The notes under the pieces: model-generated | What the model was told of the DNA's origin: nothing | The model's input: only the letters and a program-made list of their open reading frames with translations | Databases searched by the model: none | Source: Daphnia carinata | Taxonomy: Eukaryota | DNA: 64,000 nt | Direction: 5' to 3' | Assembly (NCBI RefSeq): GCF_022539665.2 | Contig: NC_081333.1 | Span: 11,160,001 to 11,224,000 of the forward strand | Position numbers and translations under genes: made by a program | In this document: piece after piece, positions 12,828-24,792 of the stretch | How positions within the stretch are numbered: the stretch's first letter is position 1 | How the letters are laid out: each line of letters opens with the position of its first letter

Positions 12828-14378
12828 CTAATTAATGCGCGAACAGCTACTGAAGATTGCAGTGCAGTTTTCTCCATAGCGGCCCATTAACGAGGCATCA
12901 AGTAACTAAGGAAGCCGCCTTGATGTCGATGATGGAGCATGTAGCTGAGCGGCCAACTAGACAGCGAGACGGCCATCCCGGTTGTGCCTGGGGAATCGAG
13001 AGCTAGTCGATTCATGCGACAGAGCGCTTGGAGTGTGCAAGCATCGCCGGAGTCGTTTTCGTCAGCATTCCAGAGTTCGTCTACCATTGAAATCCATGTG
13101 GGAGCATCCATCAATTCTGAAAAAAAAAATTCCAACAAGAAACATGACAACAACCAAAAAAAAAAGAAACTAAGGTAACTTGCCTCATAATAATATTATC
13201 TTCGATATATGTAACAGTAATTGCTAATGGCTTCGTACATAGTTGATGCCAAAAAAAGAAAAACTGGTCGTTGAACTACGCCTGAAACTTCTGTCCGTAT
13301 AATTTACCCAAACATTCTCTATAGTAATTGGCCCAAGGCGAGCAAGTATAGAACGAGCATTTAACCCTTCAGGACAGTGTTCCCGGCGTTGTTTGATTAG
13401 CTTGAATGTTTTTAGAATTTTATATTCTTTGATTGAACTCTGGCTCTTCTATTTACTATAGCAATTTCTTATAATAAGCAGCCGTTGGGATCAGACTCCC
13501 GCTCGCATGACATCAGTCTATGCCTTTCTACTACGTATGCTATTTACATAGGAAAGTTTTGCCGCGTAAAAATTTGATGTCAGCACAACAGGTACGTATC
13601 AAAAGTCGATGATAATTTGCTATACTATTATCAGTTTTTCTCGACAATAAATTTATCATAAATGTTTTCAGTTGACAATGATGATTAACAACATACCTCT
13701 ATCAGGCTGATCTTCATCCACGTAGAGATGATCGTCATCAAGACTGTTTGGATTTCTTCCTTCATCCGTTTCCATCGCGACTCTCCGCCGTCTCCGGGCC
13801 GCTACTGTCGTCGTTGCAATAGCGATCAAATAAAGCAGTAAAAGCGACAAAGCTAACAACGCCAATATAGGCAAGAGGTCATCCTTTTTGTCGCAACAAC
13901 CGTAACTACTTCCACCGCCATAACTACTCCCGCCGTAACTGCTCCCACCACCGTAACCAGAGGACGAAGAATAGCCACCGCCGTAACCACTTCGATCGGC
14001 TTGCATCTCTTCTGGATATTTGTTGTACTGATTGTACATTGGAGGACGCCTGCCAGCACCCCGTTTTCTGCTCTGACCGAACACTTCTCTGGCCACCCGC
14101 TTATTCAGTCTTGATGTGGAGATCTCAAAATTTTTCTTCTGGAAGATACCCATCAAAGGTGTTACGTAGAGCAGCATCCGTTTCAATTCGAGCTCCGATT
14201 CAAGTTCATCTTCCACTTCTTCAGCTGCGTTGTTGTCTAGTAATTTATTGTAGGAAAAAGAGGCCATATTGCCCTCAGTTGCGGCAGTCTGTCCGTCCAT
14301 CGAGTGGTCGGCTGCGTGACCGGCAATAAAAATCAACAGTAGACTACACACAGTTTGTGTGCCAATGAACTTGATCAT
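12828..14378 (-). CDS. Paralogous two-exon gene A (14378-13697, 13116-12828): Gly/Tyr-rich, hydrophobic segment, DM4/DM12-like domain; apparent 1-nt frameshift near 12899
   Basis: ELESELELKRMLLYVTPLM, GCCDKKDDLLPILALLALSLLLLYL, RRRRR; phase-1 splice to ELMDAPTWISMVDELW...CTLQALCRMNRLAL; the shifted frame gives DASLMGRYGENCTAIFSSCSRIN*. Confidence 0.82.
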
Positions 14379-17273
14379 TTTGTTTACCTTCCGAGTTAAC
14401 TAGAATATGCAAGCGGTATATAGTAGGGTATCAAATTTTTGAAAAAAAACTATGAACTTCTTGTATAATACCGGCTTTTCTGGTAGTTTTAGAAGCAGGA
14501 ATGGAGATGGGCAGACTGCATTTGCCACTGGATGAAAATTAACTGACTGAAGCTGCGTATCTGTGAATGGTAACTACGAAATATTCATGAATGCAGTTGC
14601 TGGCGTTCACTTTTTTTCTTCTCATTTTCTTGACCTTTTTCTTCTTAGTGCTTCACTTCCATAGAAGTACAGTGTTAACGTTAGACTGGACATCCTCCCG
14701 GAAGCTCCTCCTCTCGCTGCGACCCAGCAGGCAAAAGACTCTAGAAATCAATTGTTGTTTCTTGCGTGCAGCATATAAATGTAACGGTACAAGATGTTGG
14801 TTCAACTTCTTTAGTTAATCCGCACATGATCCCACGAAGAGACGGTAATTTTATTGTAGGTATTCATACAAGTCCCCACATGAATCTTAAAATCTCCTAC
14901 AATTTTGTCCAATTTTGTCCTCTAGGTAAGCAGTAGACCCTGCGGAGCTAGTATTATACATGCAAAAAATTAATCTATGGATTTCCTTGACTGCCCTCCG
15001 ATCGTTACAGATACGTATTATAAAATAGCAGACTACATTAACGATTTATTGGCCATGCCCAGGTGGAAGGACATCGCTATCGATATGTACCGTCAGCGAC
15101 GTAAAGAATAGTGCTACTAGAAAATAGACGTCAGAAAATGCATCTTTACAAATAAAGTGACAGCATTACATCAAGCGTAGATTACGGCGGAATCAATGAG
15201 ACGTGACGCAAGTGCATTTATTGCACGGCAATAAATCACGGGAGAGCAGCACCTGTTGGCTTTGCCAGTTGCTACACTATCGACTAGTTGAGCGGAAAAA
15301 ATTCGGAGCCGACAGGTCTTGGGCTTGTCAACCATGATGCTTCGGCAAAATTATACTGCCTCTCACATTCGTCAAGAAAAACAAAATAAAATATAGGCAA
15401 GTATAACGAACTTCAGATTCACGTTACGAAAATGTCGTTACCAGTTTATTTTATACCTTCCATAGACTACTTTAGCACGCAATTATCGTGTCTTACAGAA
15501 GTTTGCACGATATTCATTTGGATCAACATGGCGACAGTCAAGAATCATCACCTACCACGAAAGTTGGGAGGATAGTTTCCAAGATCGTTTTTACTTGAAA
15601 TATGATTCAACATTGCGTGACGACCAGAAGGCGTCACGAGCGTTCGAGGTAATCGTATCCTTGTTTCTTTTTGTTTTGGATATTTGTTACTTAAATATTT
15701 TATCATTTCGTTTATCAAAGGATAGTTAAAGAGCAACAGGCTTTTCGGGAGATTATCACGTTACAAATTTCGAAAACAGTTGTCGACAGAAAAAGCGATT
15801 TGGCGCCAAAAGAGCTAATTTAAATGCAATTGCAGAAAGGCTTGACCCACTGTTAGAGCGTTCCATGTATCTGCGTCCGTTGATCGCCAATTTTTTGCAA
15901 ACTCTTATCGATTTAAAATGCGACATTACAGCGATGAGCGAGGAAAACCACTCATGAGAAAGCATCTTACAAGAATTCGTCACCCCTAAAGAAATTGAGT
16001 TGCATTGCTTAGCATGAACATGCAGTGAAAACAAACTGGAGGAGACGCAATGGCTAGCCATTGTGAGCTTCAGGGAATTTCAAAACGCCCCGTGAGAAAC
16101 GGGCAGTCGACTTTGCCCATATAACGCAGGTAATGCCTACATTATCAAAGTAAATCATGCTTTTTAAAATTTGAACCTCTCTATGCCCGATGAAGTAACC
16201 TTGGAAAACCGTTACCTTTCATGTTTTTCTCGACACAGCATATCAGCAGTCCCAAAAGGCGACGACAGAAATTAGGCATAATCGGTGCACGGATTATAAC
16301 GTTACAAAAAAACGTTGTCCGGAGAAAATTGTGTTTTGCCGAAGCTGTAGGTTATCACGTCATGCACTAATTTGCCATCACTTTATTCCCGTTGTCGATG
16401 CAGACTACGGTGGAATGACGGCTTGAAACTTTCGATTAGAAAGACTTTTCATCTGCCTATGGGAGTCACGCTCCTGACCTGTCTATTCACATCGAACTCA
16501 GTGGCATCATTCTCATCATCAGACTCCCATCAATCTTGTTACCAGAGGTTGTTGTCCTTTTCGTGCGGCTGCACCATATCCGTAAGTAGAGAACTAGCTA
16601 TCATATTTATTGTGACGCGTGAAAAAAAAACGAAATCTTTTTGCAGTGCTAACAGATCTAGAAGAAACATCTACACACTTCATCTCTGTCAGCGTAATTT
16701 ATTTTTTCGTGAGCCTATACTCGGAATCAACATGAGATGGCATTTTTCTGCTTCATCGCCGAACTATTATGTCAAAGACCATTCGCAAATTACATGGAAA
16801 CTATATCGAAGTGTAAGTGTTGATTTTCAACATCTTTTTCCGCCCGCCAATATAAAAAAACGCTGTCAGTGAAGCAGGTAAGCTAATACTCTTGTAATGA
16901 ATTTTAACTGATGGGTATTTTTAATAATGTGATTTGCAGTATTATTCACAGCAATTGGAACTTCCAGTATCGAAGGAAGCGAAGAGCGCCTCGTATCTGA
17001 ACAAATAATAATTCCACAAACTCATCCCGAAATCAGCAAGTTGAAGTTTTCAAATACGTCAGATCCCTTGTAAACTATTAATCTTTTGTTTCAAACTCAT
17101 CTTGTACGATCCCGTCCATGCGACGGAAAAATTTCAGTCCAGTCTCTAACGCTTTTAAGTAAAGGAACACAACATTGCAAAACACGTGGAAGTAAAATGT
17201 ATCGTTCTGTAACAGTTATCAACACAGTTCATGTACAGAATAGTAAACACATAATCTGGACAAGTCAGGCACA

Positions 17274-18195
17274 TCATAAGGCATCAGAGACATTCAGTGA
17301 AGCGACCGTCTCATCGTGAGTAGCAGCTTTCGTCGACTTGTGTAGATTCAATTCCAAATAAAGAAAATAAAGAAGAGGGCAGGCTAAAAGCACCAAGAGC
17401 GCCATTCCGAGTATGTGAGTCCAGGAAAGGCCACAATCGTCACCTTGGCAGTCAGTTCGGTTTAGGCGAACAGTCCGCCGCAGGCGTTCAGCATCAGGGA
17501 TAAACGTAGAAGTTGCAGGATCGTTACTGTCAATGTCATATACTCTTGCTTTTTCTTTCAACCGTTGAAGATCTTGGTCCACTTGCTTCAAGAATTCTAG
17601 AGAATTGGAAGGTTTGAAATCCCCAGATTTGGTATCTCCGCATGGCAGAAGGCTTGCTTTATCACTGGGAAGCCTTTCTGTCAATGAAGAGTGCTGGCGT
17701 ACAGGAATTTTTAAAGTTCTTCGAGCAAAGAATTCAGCTTCCTTCTGAATGTTGTTTGCAACCTTCAGTTCAAAAACCTAAGTAAATTTTTTTTAATAAA
17801 ATGGAAATACCAATAATTTTTTAAGTGATTAAAGTAGCACTGTCATACTGTGCACCGATAGTGAAGGGCTAACCCTTGCAAAGTCTCCTTTGGTTTGATT
17901 AGATGTTCTCTATATTCTCGTTGAATATCAGAAGGACTGGAAAGAGATAAATGGGAAGCTGAACCAGGCCATCGTTCTTTTCTTTGGTCAATATTAGTTA
18001 GTCTTCGTAACTTGGTACTCGGCAGGGAATCATTATCATCATCAGTACTACAATAGACAATAAAATTATAAGGGTAAGGCTGTTTAATGCATGTTATATT
18101 CGAGGTAGTAGATGGTAAAACCTTGAATCTTTTCGACTGGCCGCTTTTTCTTCATAGCTTATCAACCGGGAGTATCCGTAGGATCGGTTTGTCAT
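17274..18195 (-). CDS. LysM-domain protein with C-terminal TM (LYSMD3/4-like)
   Basis: Spliced LysM HLIKPKETLQGLALHYRCT|VFELKVANNIQKEAEFFARRTLKIP; FLKQVDQDL; CGLSW followed by a TM helix. Confidence 0.88.
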
Positions 18196-18345
18196 GTTCT
18201 AAAATGATTTCCATACAGGTATATTTACAAAATTTGGTCAGGAACAGTCACATTCACTGTAATTCTTTAGACGTTCCTTTTATCAAACGATAGCGTAAAC
18301 TTATTCCATGTTGGCAAAAAAGAAAAATTCAATGTCAAACTTAGC

Positions 18346-18353
18346 TATCGATA
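18346..18353. promoter_or_regulatory. DRE (TATCGATA) upstream of the LysM gene
   Basis: Exact palindrome ~150 bp upstream of the ATG; DRE is a known arthropod housekeeping core-promoter motif. Confidence 0.5.
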
Positions 18354-19253
18354 TATTTTTGGTCGATAGTTTTTCGGAACTTTCAAAATAGAATGTAAAC
18401 TTTAATATTCAGAATAGTGATTTATGCCAGATTACACGAAAGAAGATCTTCCGTGTAAGTTCAAAGAATTTTCCCTGAAGAAGCTAAGTTTACTTTATGA
18501 ACAGTTACGTTTGACAATCGACTGGCTCCGCCCATTTAGTGAGCTGTCATTCGGTTTGCGTGCAACACGGTTCTCTACATCAAAACTGCAATATACGAAA
18601 CGAAGAAGAAAAATAAACATGGGTAAACGAAAAAAGTACGCTGTTCTTTTGAGGTCTTCATTAATTATTTGTCTTTTTCAGCAATTTCTAGCAATCAGTC
18701 TTTTATTTTGGCATCTGTGTTATCATTTTTGGTATTTTCTGGGATGCAAATGTATAAACACTTGCTGGTGTCATCTCAGCCCCTAACACTTTTCGGCGGA
18801 TTTCTTGGATCAGTTCTTTTTTCCCTCATTTTGACTGTAAGCCAATAGCTTAGATTTATGCAGTGTGCACAAATGTCATTATCATTATTATAGGCTGTGG
18901 GGAACCTGGAATCTACGCTTTTTGGAAAAAGCTTCCAGATGAAACTATTTCCTGAGGTTGTCATTTGCTTGGCAATTGCCTTGACAGCTTCAGGAATGGT
19001 TCACAGGATCTGTACAACTGTTTGGTAAAACCTCAATTAGTTTGGGATTTGAGTTGGTACTTTCATGAGCCTTTTTTAAAATTCACTTTAGCTTGGTGCT
19101 ATCATTAGTCCACTTGTACCACATAAACTTGCTGTCTCAGAAAATCTATGGACAAAGTGCAGTTGTTCAAACCTTTGCTACAAAGAAAAGGAAGTAGGAT
19201 TGTACAGTCATTGAATACATTTCTAAACCCTTTGTATATTATTTCAATCCATT

Positions 19254-20064
19254 TCAAATTTGTTGCATAAGATTTTGCTGAAACCTAGAAATCCTTTTGA
19301 AGTTTTCTTCCATTAGTATGTTTGCTTTTGTAACAACATGGTCAACATACTGCAAAATTAAAATTTTTTTTTTTACTTTATTCTATTATTCACAAAGTGG
19401 AATTTGAAGATCACCTCAGAAGTAACTAGCAATTTGCCATTAGCTGATAAAGGAGCTTCAATGCCATGGGTTGAACGGATTGCTACAATAATTTTTGGCC
19501 ATTCTTGATGTGAATTTTTCCGTGATTTGAGAGATATGCCAGAATTTCTGAATCCTGCTTGTACTCCACAGCTTAGCTTTTTCAGAAATGCATTTAAGAT
19601 AAATGAAATGTTAGAGATGAAATCCTGATGTGGAAATACCATAAGCTGTGCATCATCTAGGGTTCTACATTGGACATGTAGTACAAAGGCCTCAAATTTG
19701 AAACTAAGATCTCCAATCGAAGGGTCAAGTTTTGAATATATTTCTTCACATGAACACTTACTATGTGATACATAAACCCATTTGCAACCTTCTTTTTGCA
19801 CAGACAGCTCCTAACATTAAACCAGAAATATTAGGAAAAACCAAGTTGCAACTTGAAGAAGAGGAAATGGCTGTGCTTTACTTCTTCTACAGTCTCCGCT
19901 AACACAACAATTCGTCCAGAGCAGGAGCTGGTTGTGAAGTATCTTTCTGACGAATTTATGCAATCAACTAGCTCTCTGATTGGTTCGTCAACAGAGCCTT
20001 TTCGACTTAAATCTTGTCCTGCAAAAGCAGCCTGTTTTTGATTTGCGAACATTTTCACGGACAT
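19254..20064 (-). CDS. TYW3: tRNA wybutosine-synthesizing protein 3
   Basis: DLSRKGSVDEPI, YFTTSSCSGRI, FEAFVLHVQCRTL, AGFRNSGI, AIRSTHGIEAPL, ANILMEENFKRI; 3' end approximate. Confidence 0.92.
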
Positions 20065-20291
20065 TTTGACTAATAAGTTGGTTCGTAACTGTAGTTGCTT
20101 GGAACACTACTGCTGCTCATACCAAAACCTTACGTCGCTAAAAATGATATTACAACATTTTAATTCAAAATTAATTAATTCATTTAAGCATAGGATATTT
20201 TTCACATCTCCAATGTAACTCACTGGCATGTAGTTTTCTTTACTTTTCCTCTTAAATACGCAAGGCGTTCGAAGACGATTCAAACACAAGA

Positions 20292-20299
20292 TATCGATA
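20292..20299. promoter_or_regulatory. DRE in the TYW3/PIAS divergent promoter
   Basis: TATCGATA roughly midway between head-to-head start codons (20064 and 20551). Confidence 0.5.
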
Positions 20300-20550
20300 T
20301 CCAACTCCTCCGGCTCTCTACGGGTTCCAATCCCGCTCGTTGGCATAGAAATAGAATTTTTTTTTGATTTTGGGGAAGGCCAAGCAGACATTTCTTTCTA
20401 TAAGAATATATATAGTACCGGACGGGTTGTGCGTGTGTGTTAAGTGTTCAGTCAGTAAAGTGTTTTGAAACTTATTAGTTGTCGGAAAATGATATAAGAT
20501 TTTGAAGTTTTTTTTAGCATGTAACAGAGATTAACAATTTTAGCATCAAA

Positions 20551-23499
20551 ATGTCAGAAACTGAAGTATTAAAGAACATGGTGATGAGCTTTCGTGTCTC
20601 GGAATTGACTATGTTGCTGAGTTTTGCTGGACGTAGTCGATCAGGTCGGAAAACAGAATTGCAGATGCGAGCTCTGGAATTGATCAAATTACGATCTTCA
20701 CCTATAAATGCCAAAGTTCGCGAATTATATCGGTCAATTCAACAGCAAACAGTGGCAATGGGACAGAGTGCTGCAGAAACCACACCACCTTACATTGGTG
20801 CATCAACCAGATCAAGCTCATCTCTCTCGCCATCCAAATCCAGTAATTATTCTGAAATGGAGAGGGCTGCAATCCAAGGAAGAAATCCTTACATCCATAC
20901 CAGTGGTCTGCCTTACTCAACAGGTTACACTTCTAAGCAAGCTGTGTCTGGCGGTGGTTCACAACCATCATTTCCGGTTCACCCTGATGTCCGATTGAAG
21001 AGATTACCATTCTTTGATTCAATAGCAGAACTTCTACGCCCTTCCAGCTTGGTCCCTACAGGGAATTCTCGATATCACGACACAAATTTTGTATTTCATC
21101 TCACACCTCAGCAAGCAACAGACATAGCAAGTTCAAGAGATGCCAGGCCTGGGTCCAAAATAGACTATTTGAATCAAATTCAAATGAGGTTTTGTCTCTT
21201 GGAAACATCATGTGAGCAGGATGACAACTTTCCATCCAACCTCTCAGTCAAAGTAAACAGTAAACTAGTGACCTTGCCGAATCCTATCCCGACCAACAAA
21301 CCGGGGGTAGAACCTAAACGGCCACCAAGACCTGTCAACATAACTTCACTGTGCAGGCTTTCACCAACAGTGGCTAACCAGATCAATGTGACGTGGTCAT
21401 CGGACATGGGCGGGAGAGGTTATGTTATGGCCATCTATGTTGTCCGGCGTCTTGCCTCCACTGATCTTCTCCAGAGATTGCGAACAAAAGGAGTACGTCC
21501 AGCAGAATATACTCGTGGCCTCATCAAAGATAAACTAGAAGACGCCGACACAGAAATTGCCACCACATCTCTTAAAGTGTCGCTCGTGTGTCCTTTGGGG
21601 AAAATGCGAATGCAGTTGCCTTGCCGAGCAACATCTTGTTCACATCTACAATGTTTCGATGCCTCGCTTTTTCTGCAAATGAACGAACGAAAGCCAACTT
21701 GGGTCTGTCCCGTCTGTGACAAATCTATTCTCTACGATCAACTTGCGATTGATGGCTACTTTTCTGATATTCTGAATTCACCTCTTCTTCCGGCTGATAT
21801 TATGGAAGTTCAACTGAACGTCGATGGAACATGGACCGTGCTGTCGGCTAAAAAAGAAACGAAAAGTAGTATTACTTTCTTTTTGGGATGGAAAGAATTA
21901 TAAATTAACTTTTTATGATTATTTTGTAGAAAATACAAGTGGAGAAAGTTCAGTTAACTTGGACGTCGTCGAGGAATTGCCAACTAATCCGACGAATCCA
22001 AAGGTAGAGACTATTGATGAAACAGAATTGGAATTAGTTTGCGAAGGTCCTCCTCCCAAGAAGAAAGCCCCTATGGTAGTAGACCTGACGCTTAGTAGCG
22101 ACAGCGAAGAGGACAGTGACACTTTGATGAGTATCAAGGAGCGTATGCTTAGTCGTCAGCGTAGCTCCGGCAGTCAGTCAAGTTGCCCTGGTGATTCAGC
22201 CGACGAAAACGCAGCAGCTACGAATGGTATTGGGAGCTTATTCTTATTTTCAAAAAGCGCAATCAATTTCACATTTGCCTTTAATAATTTATTTAAAGCA
22301 CCTGTTAACCTCAGCAGCAACGTGAATACAGTCACAGGGAGCAGTAACAGCAGTCTAAGTTCATCAGCATCGAATAGCTCTGCGAGACCAGCTCAAAACT
22401 TTGAATCTTCGTCAGGGTTAGTTTATTCCCCACCTTGTATTGATTTGGATGACGATTCTCTTTAAATTAAAAATCAAAACAAAAAACAGAAAACAAAACA
22501 ACAATCCTGCTATTTTCCTGTCATAAAGATATACTTGAAGGGATCCATGTACCATCGTGCTTGAGTGACGTTCGCAAGGCATGCTTCTGATCCATTTGCT
22601 TCTGTGTTTGATTCGGTATACTTGATGGTTCACCTTCAAAACCATGATTATACTGTTGTGATTATTCCTTCGCTATTCTAGATATCCAGAGTATCATGGT
22701 GTTGTGATTCATTTCCACGCTCCACTAGTTCTTTTTACAGGTTTCAATAAAGTCGTCTTCTCGGTTTTGCTTTTATGTTTTCGTTTGTCCGTTTCAAAAT
22801 TCTTTGCCTCGGTTCGCAAAAAATTTCAGCATGACATTTTATGGGTTGATTTTCTACTGCTCATTTCGAACTTCGGCCTATTTTTTTCCCCCTTGTTCTG
22901 GTAGCGGTATTTAATTTCTTAGTAATTTTTCTTGGCTTTTTCGCATGAAGTTTCCTGATTCGTTGAGAGTCTGCCAACTTGGATGAATGGCATTCTTTTC
23001 TCATCATTATATCGTTGTTTTCTAATTGTGAACTTGAAATATTTGTTATCGTGACCCTCGAAGCGCTTTTTATCGAATCCATTGCCTATTTAATTTTCCA
23101 GAATTTTTGGAATGAAATTAAATTATTTTACAGCGTTAACAGTCCACTTGCATACAATTATATGGCCGGGAGCAGTTATGGAAGTCCGACTTACTTTTCC
23201 TACAGTTCATCAACTACCAATGGACAAAATCTTTATGCACCGTATTCCAATTTTGCCTATTCCTACGGAGGTATGATTTACTGTTCATGTTTTGTTTTTT
23301 TAAACAAACAACTCACTCATGTCTGTTGAAATTGTTGACAGGTACGAATGAGCTACAAAGCGTATTAGGCGACGCGATGAATGGCCACACCTTGCCAACT
23401 GCAGCGACCCAACATCAATCCCCAAATAATTCGGTGCCACCTGTTAGAAATAATTATAGACGATCCCAATCCCCACCAGATGTAATATCTTTGGACTAG
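20551..23499 (+). CDS. PIAS: E3 SUMO ligase PIAS (SAP, PINIT, SP-RING, SIM); probable alternative 3' end at 22465
   Basis: SFRVSELTMLLSFAGRSRSGRKTEL, RPVNIT, VSLVCPLGKMRMQLPCRATSCSHLQCFDA...WVCPVC, VVDLTLSSDSEED, terminal PDVISLD*. Confidence 0.96.
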
Positions 23500-23877
23500 T
23501 TAGTTACGATGGAGGTAAAAATGTGTCGTCAGCTCGCCACATTTACTCTTTTATTCTGTATTTTTTAAAAGTTTGTATTCCAAAACCTATGTAAAACTAA
23601 AATCATTTTTATGACTGTTTAGTTAATTTAATACAACTTTTGTCATTCTTAACTTCGTTATACTGTAACCTCGTTGCTATTTATTTTTACGTGGTTTACT
23701 TTTAGCCAGATTCCTCTAAGAAATGCAATTTTAAAATGGTACACTAGAGAGTTGCTCGTTGATTGGCGCAAATTTTCGGTTACCGCCCAGCTGGCAAAGT
23801 TGGACTGGTTGGTTTAAATCCACATGTTGCCAATTCACTGTAAATCATCGTTCTTTGATTTTCTCATTTTTTCTAAG

Positions 23878-24518
23878 TAGGGCTTGGCGCCGGATTACCC
23901 ACCGAGTTGTCAATGGAATATACTGACTCGAAAGTTAAAAAATGTGGCAACAAATACAAGTTAAAGCACATTGCGTGTGTCGCGCCAGTATCTTCCGGCA
24001 GTAAAAAGGTAACCGGGTGCCGAGCCCTGCCTCTAGAGCCTCACCCTCACCCTAGGGCTCGGTACTCATTGTCTGAGTACCCGTTAAACTGCACCGACCT
24101 ACCGGAAAATGAATAATCGGTTACGACTCGGGTAGATGTCTGCCACTGTTGCCATTCTTTTAATGATTAGCTAAAACATGTTCACTAAACACAAAAACAC
24201 GGCATCTTTTTGTCTTGTATTTACAATAAAATAATACAATATATTGCAGAAAATGCGTAAATGCAACAATATTTAATTTTCTGTTTAAAAAATTAGGGTA
24301 TAAGTTGAGGTTAACGGGGCAGAAAGCGGTGTAATTGGGATTTTAACCAGAGCATTGTTACCGGTTTCTGTTTTCTTTCGTTCCGATTTTAAATCGGAAG
24401 CCTTCACGAATATATATAGACAGAAAAAGAGATACTACCCGATGAAACCGTACCGAAATCCTAAACGACTCAATAGATTGGCCTAAAAGTTGCCCGATTG
24501 GCACGGGGCCGAGCTCTA
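23878..24518. mobile_element. Possible pair of small MITE-like elements (23878-24029; 24053-24518) with (T/C)AG(G/A)GCT(C/T)GG termini
   Basis: TAGGGCTTGGCGCC ... GGTGCCGAGCCCTG and TAGGGCTCGGTAC ... GGCCGAGCTCTA form imperfect inverted termini; no clear TSD. Confidence 0.3.
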
Positions 24519-24792
24519 CGGCCCTACCCTAACTGACGTAGCCTTTTGTCCTATCAAGTGGAAGAAGACAAACTTAGGAAAACAAGAACACCAACTGGCA
24601 ACTACCATTTTGGCAGACCGCGCATTTTATTCCACCATTGCTCTTCCCTCTCTAAGGTAACCACGTGTCTGTTCCTGCCACACAAGATTTCCCGAAAGAA
24701 ATTCGGTAAGTTTCTCAGAGGAAAATTATAACGTTGTATTTACTAAGGCGTAATGAAACAGCTGTTTTGTTGTTGATACTGTCAGCACAATA

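Noticed and set aside
14591..17000. Short ORFs in the intergenic region upstream of the variable-exon cluster
   Set aside because: No coherent exon structure or recognisable motifs; likely regulatory DNA.
18690..19000. Possible small Cys-containing gene (…ICAHC…) downstream of TYW3
   Set aside because: Internal stop, no clear start or splice structure, and no family recognised.
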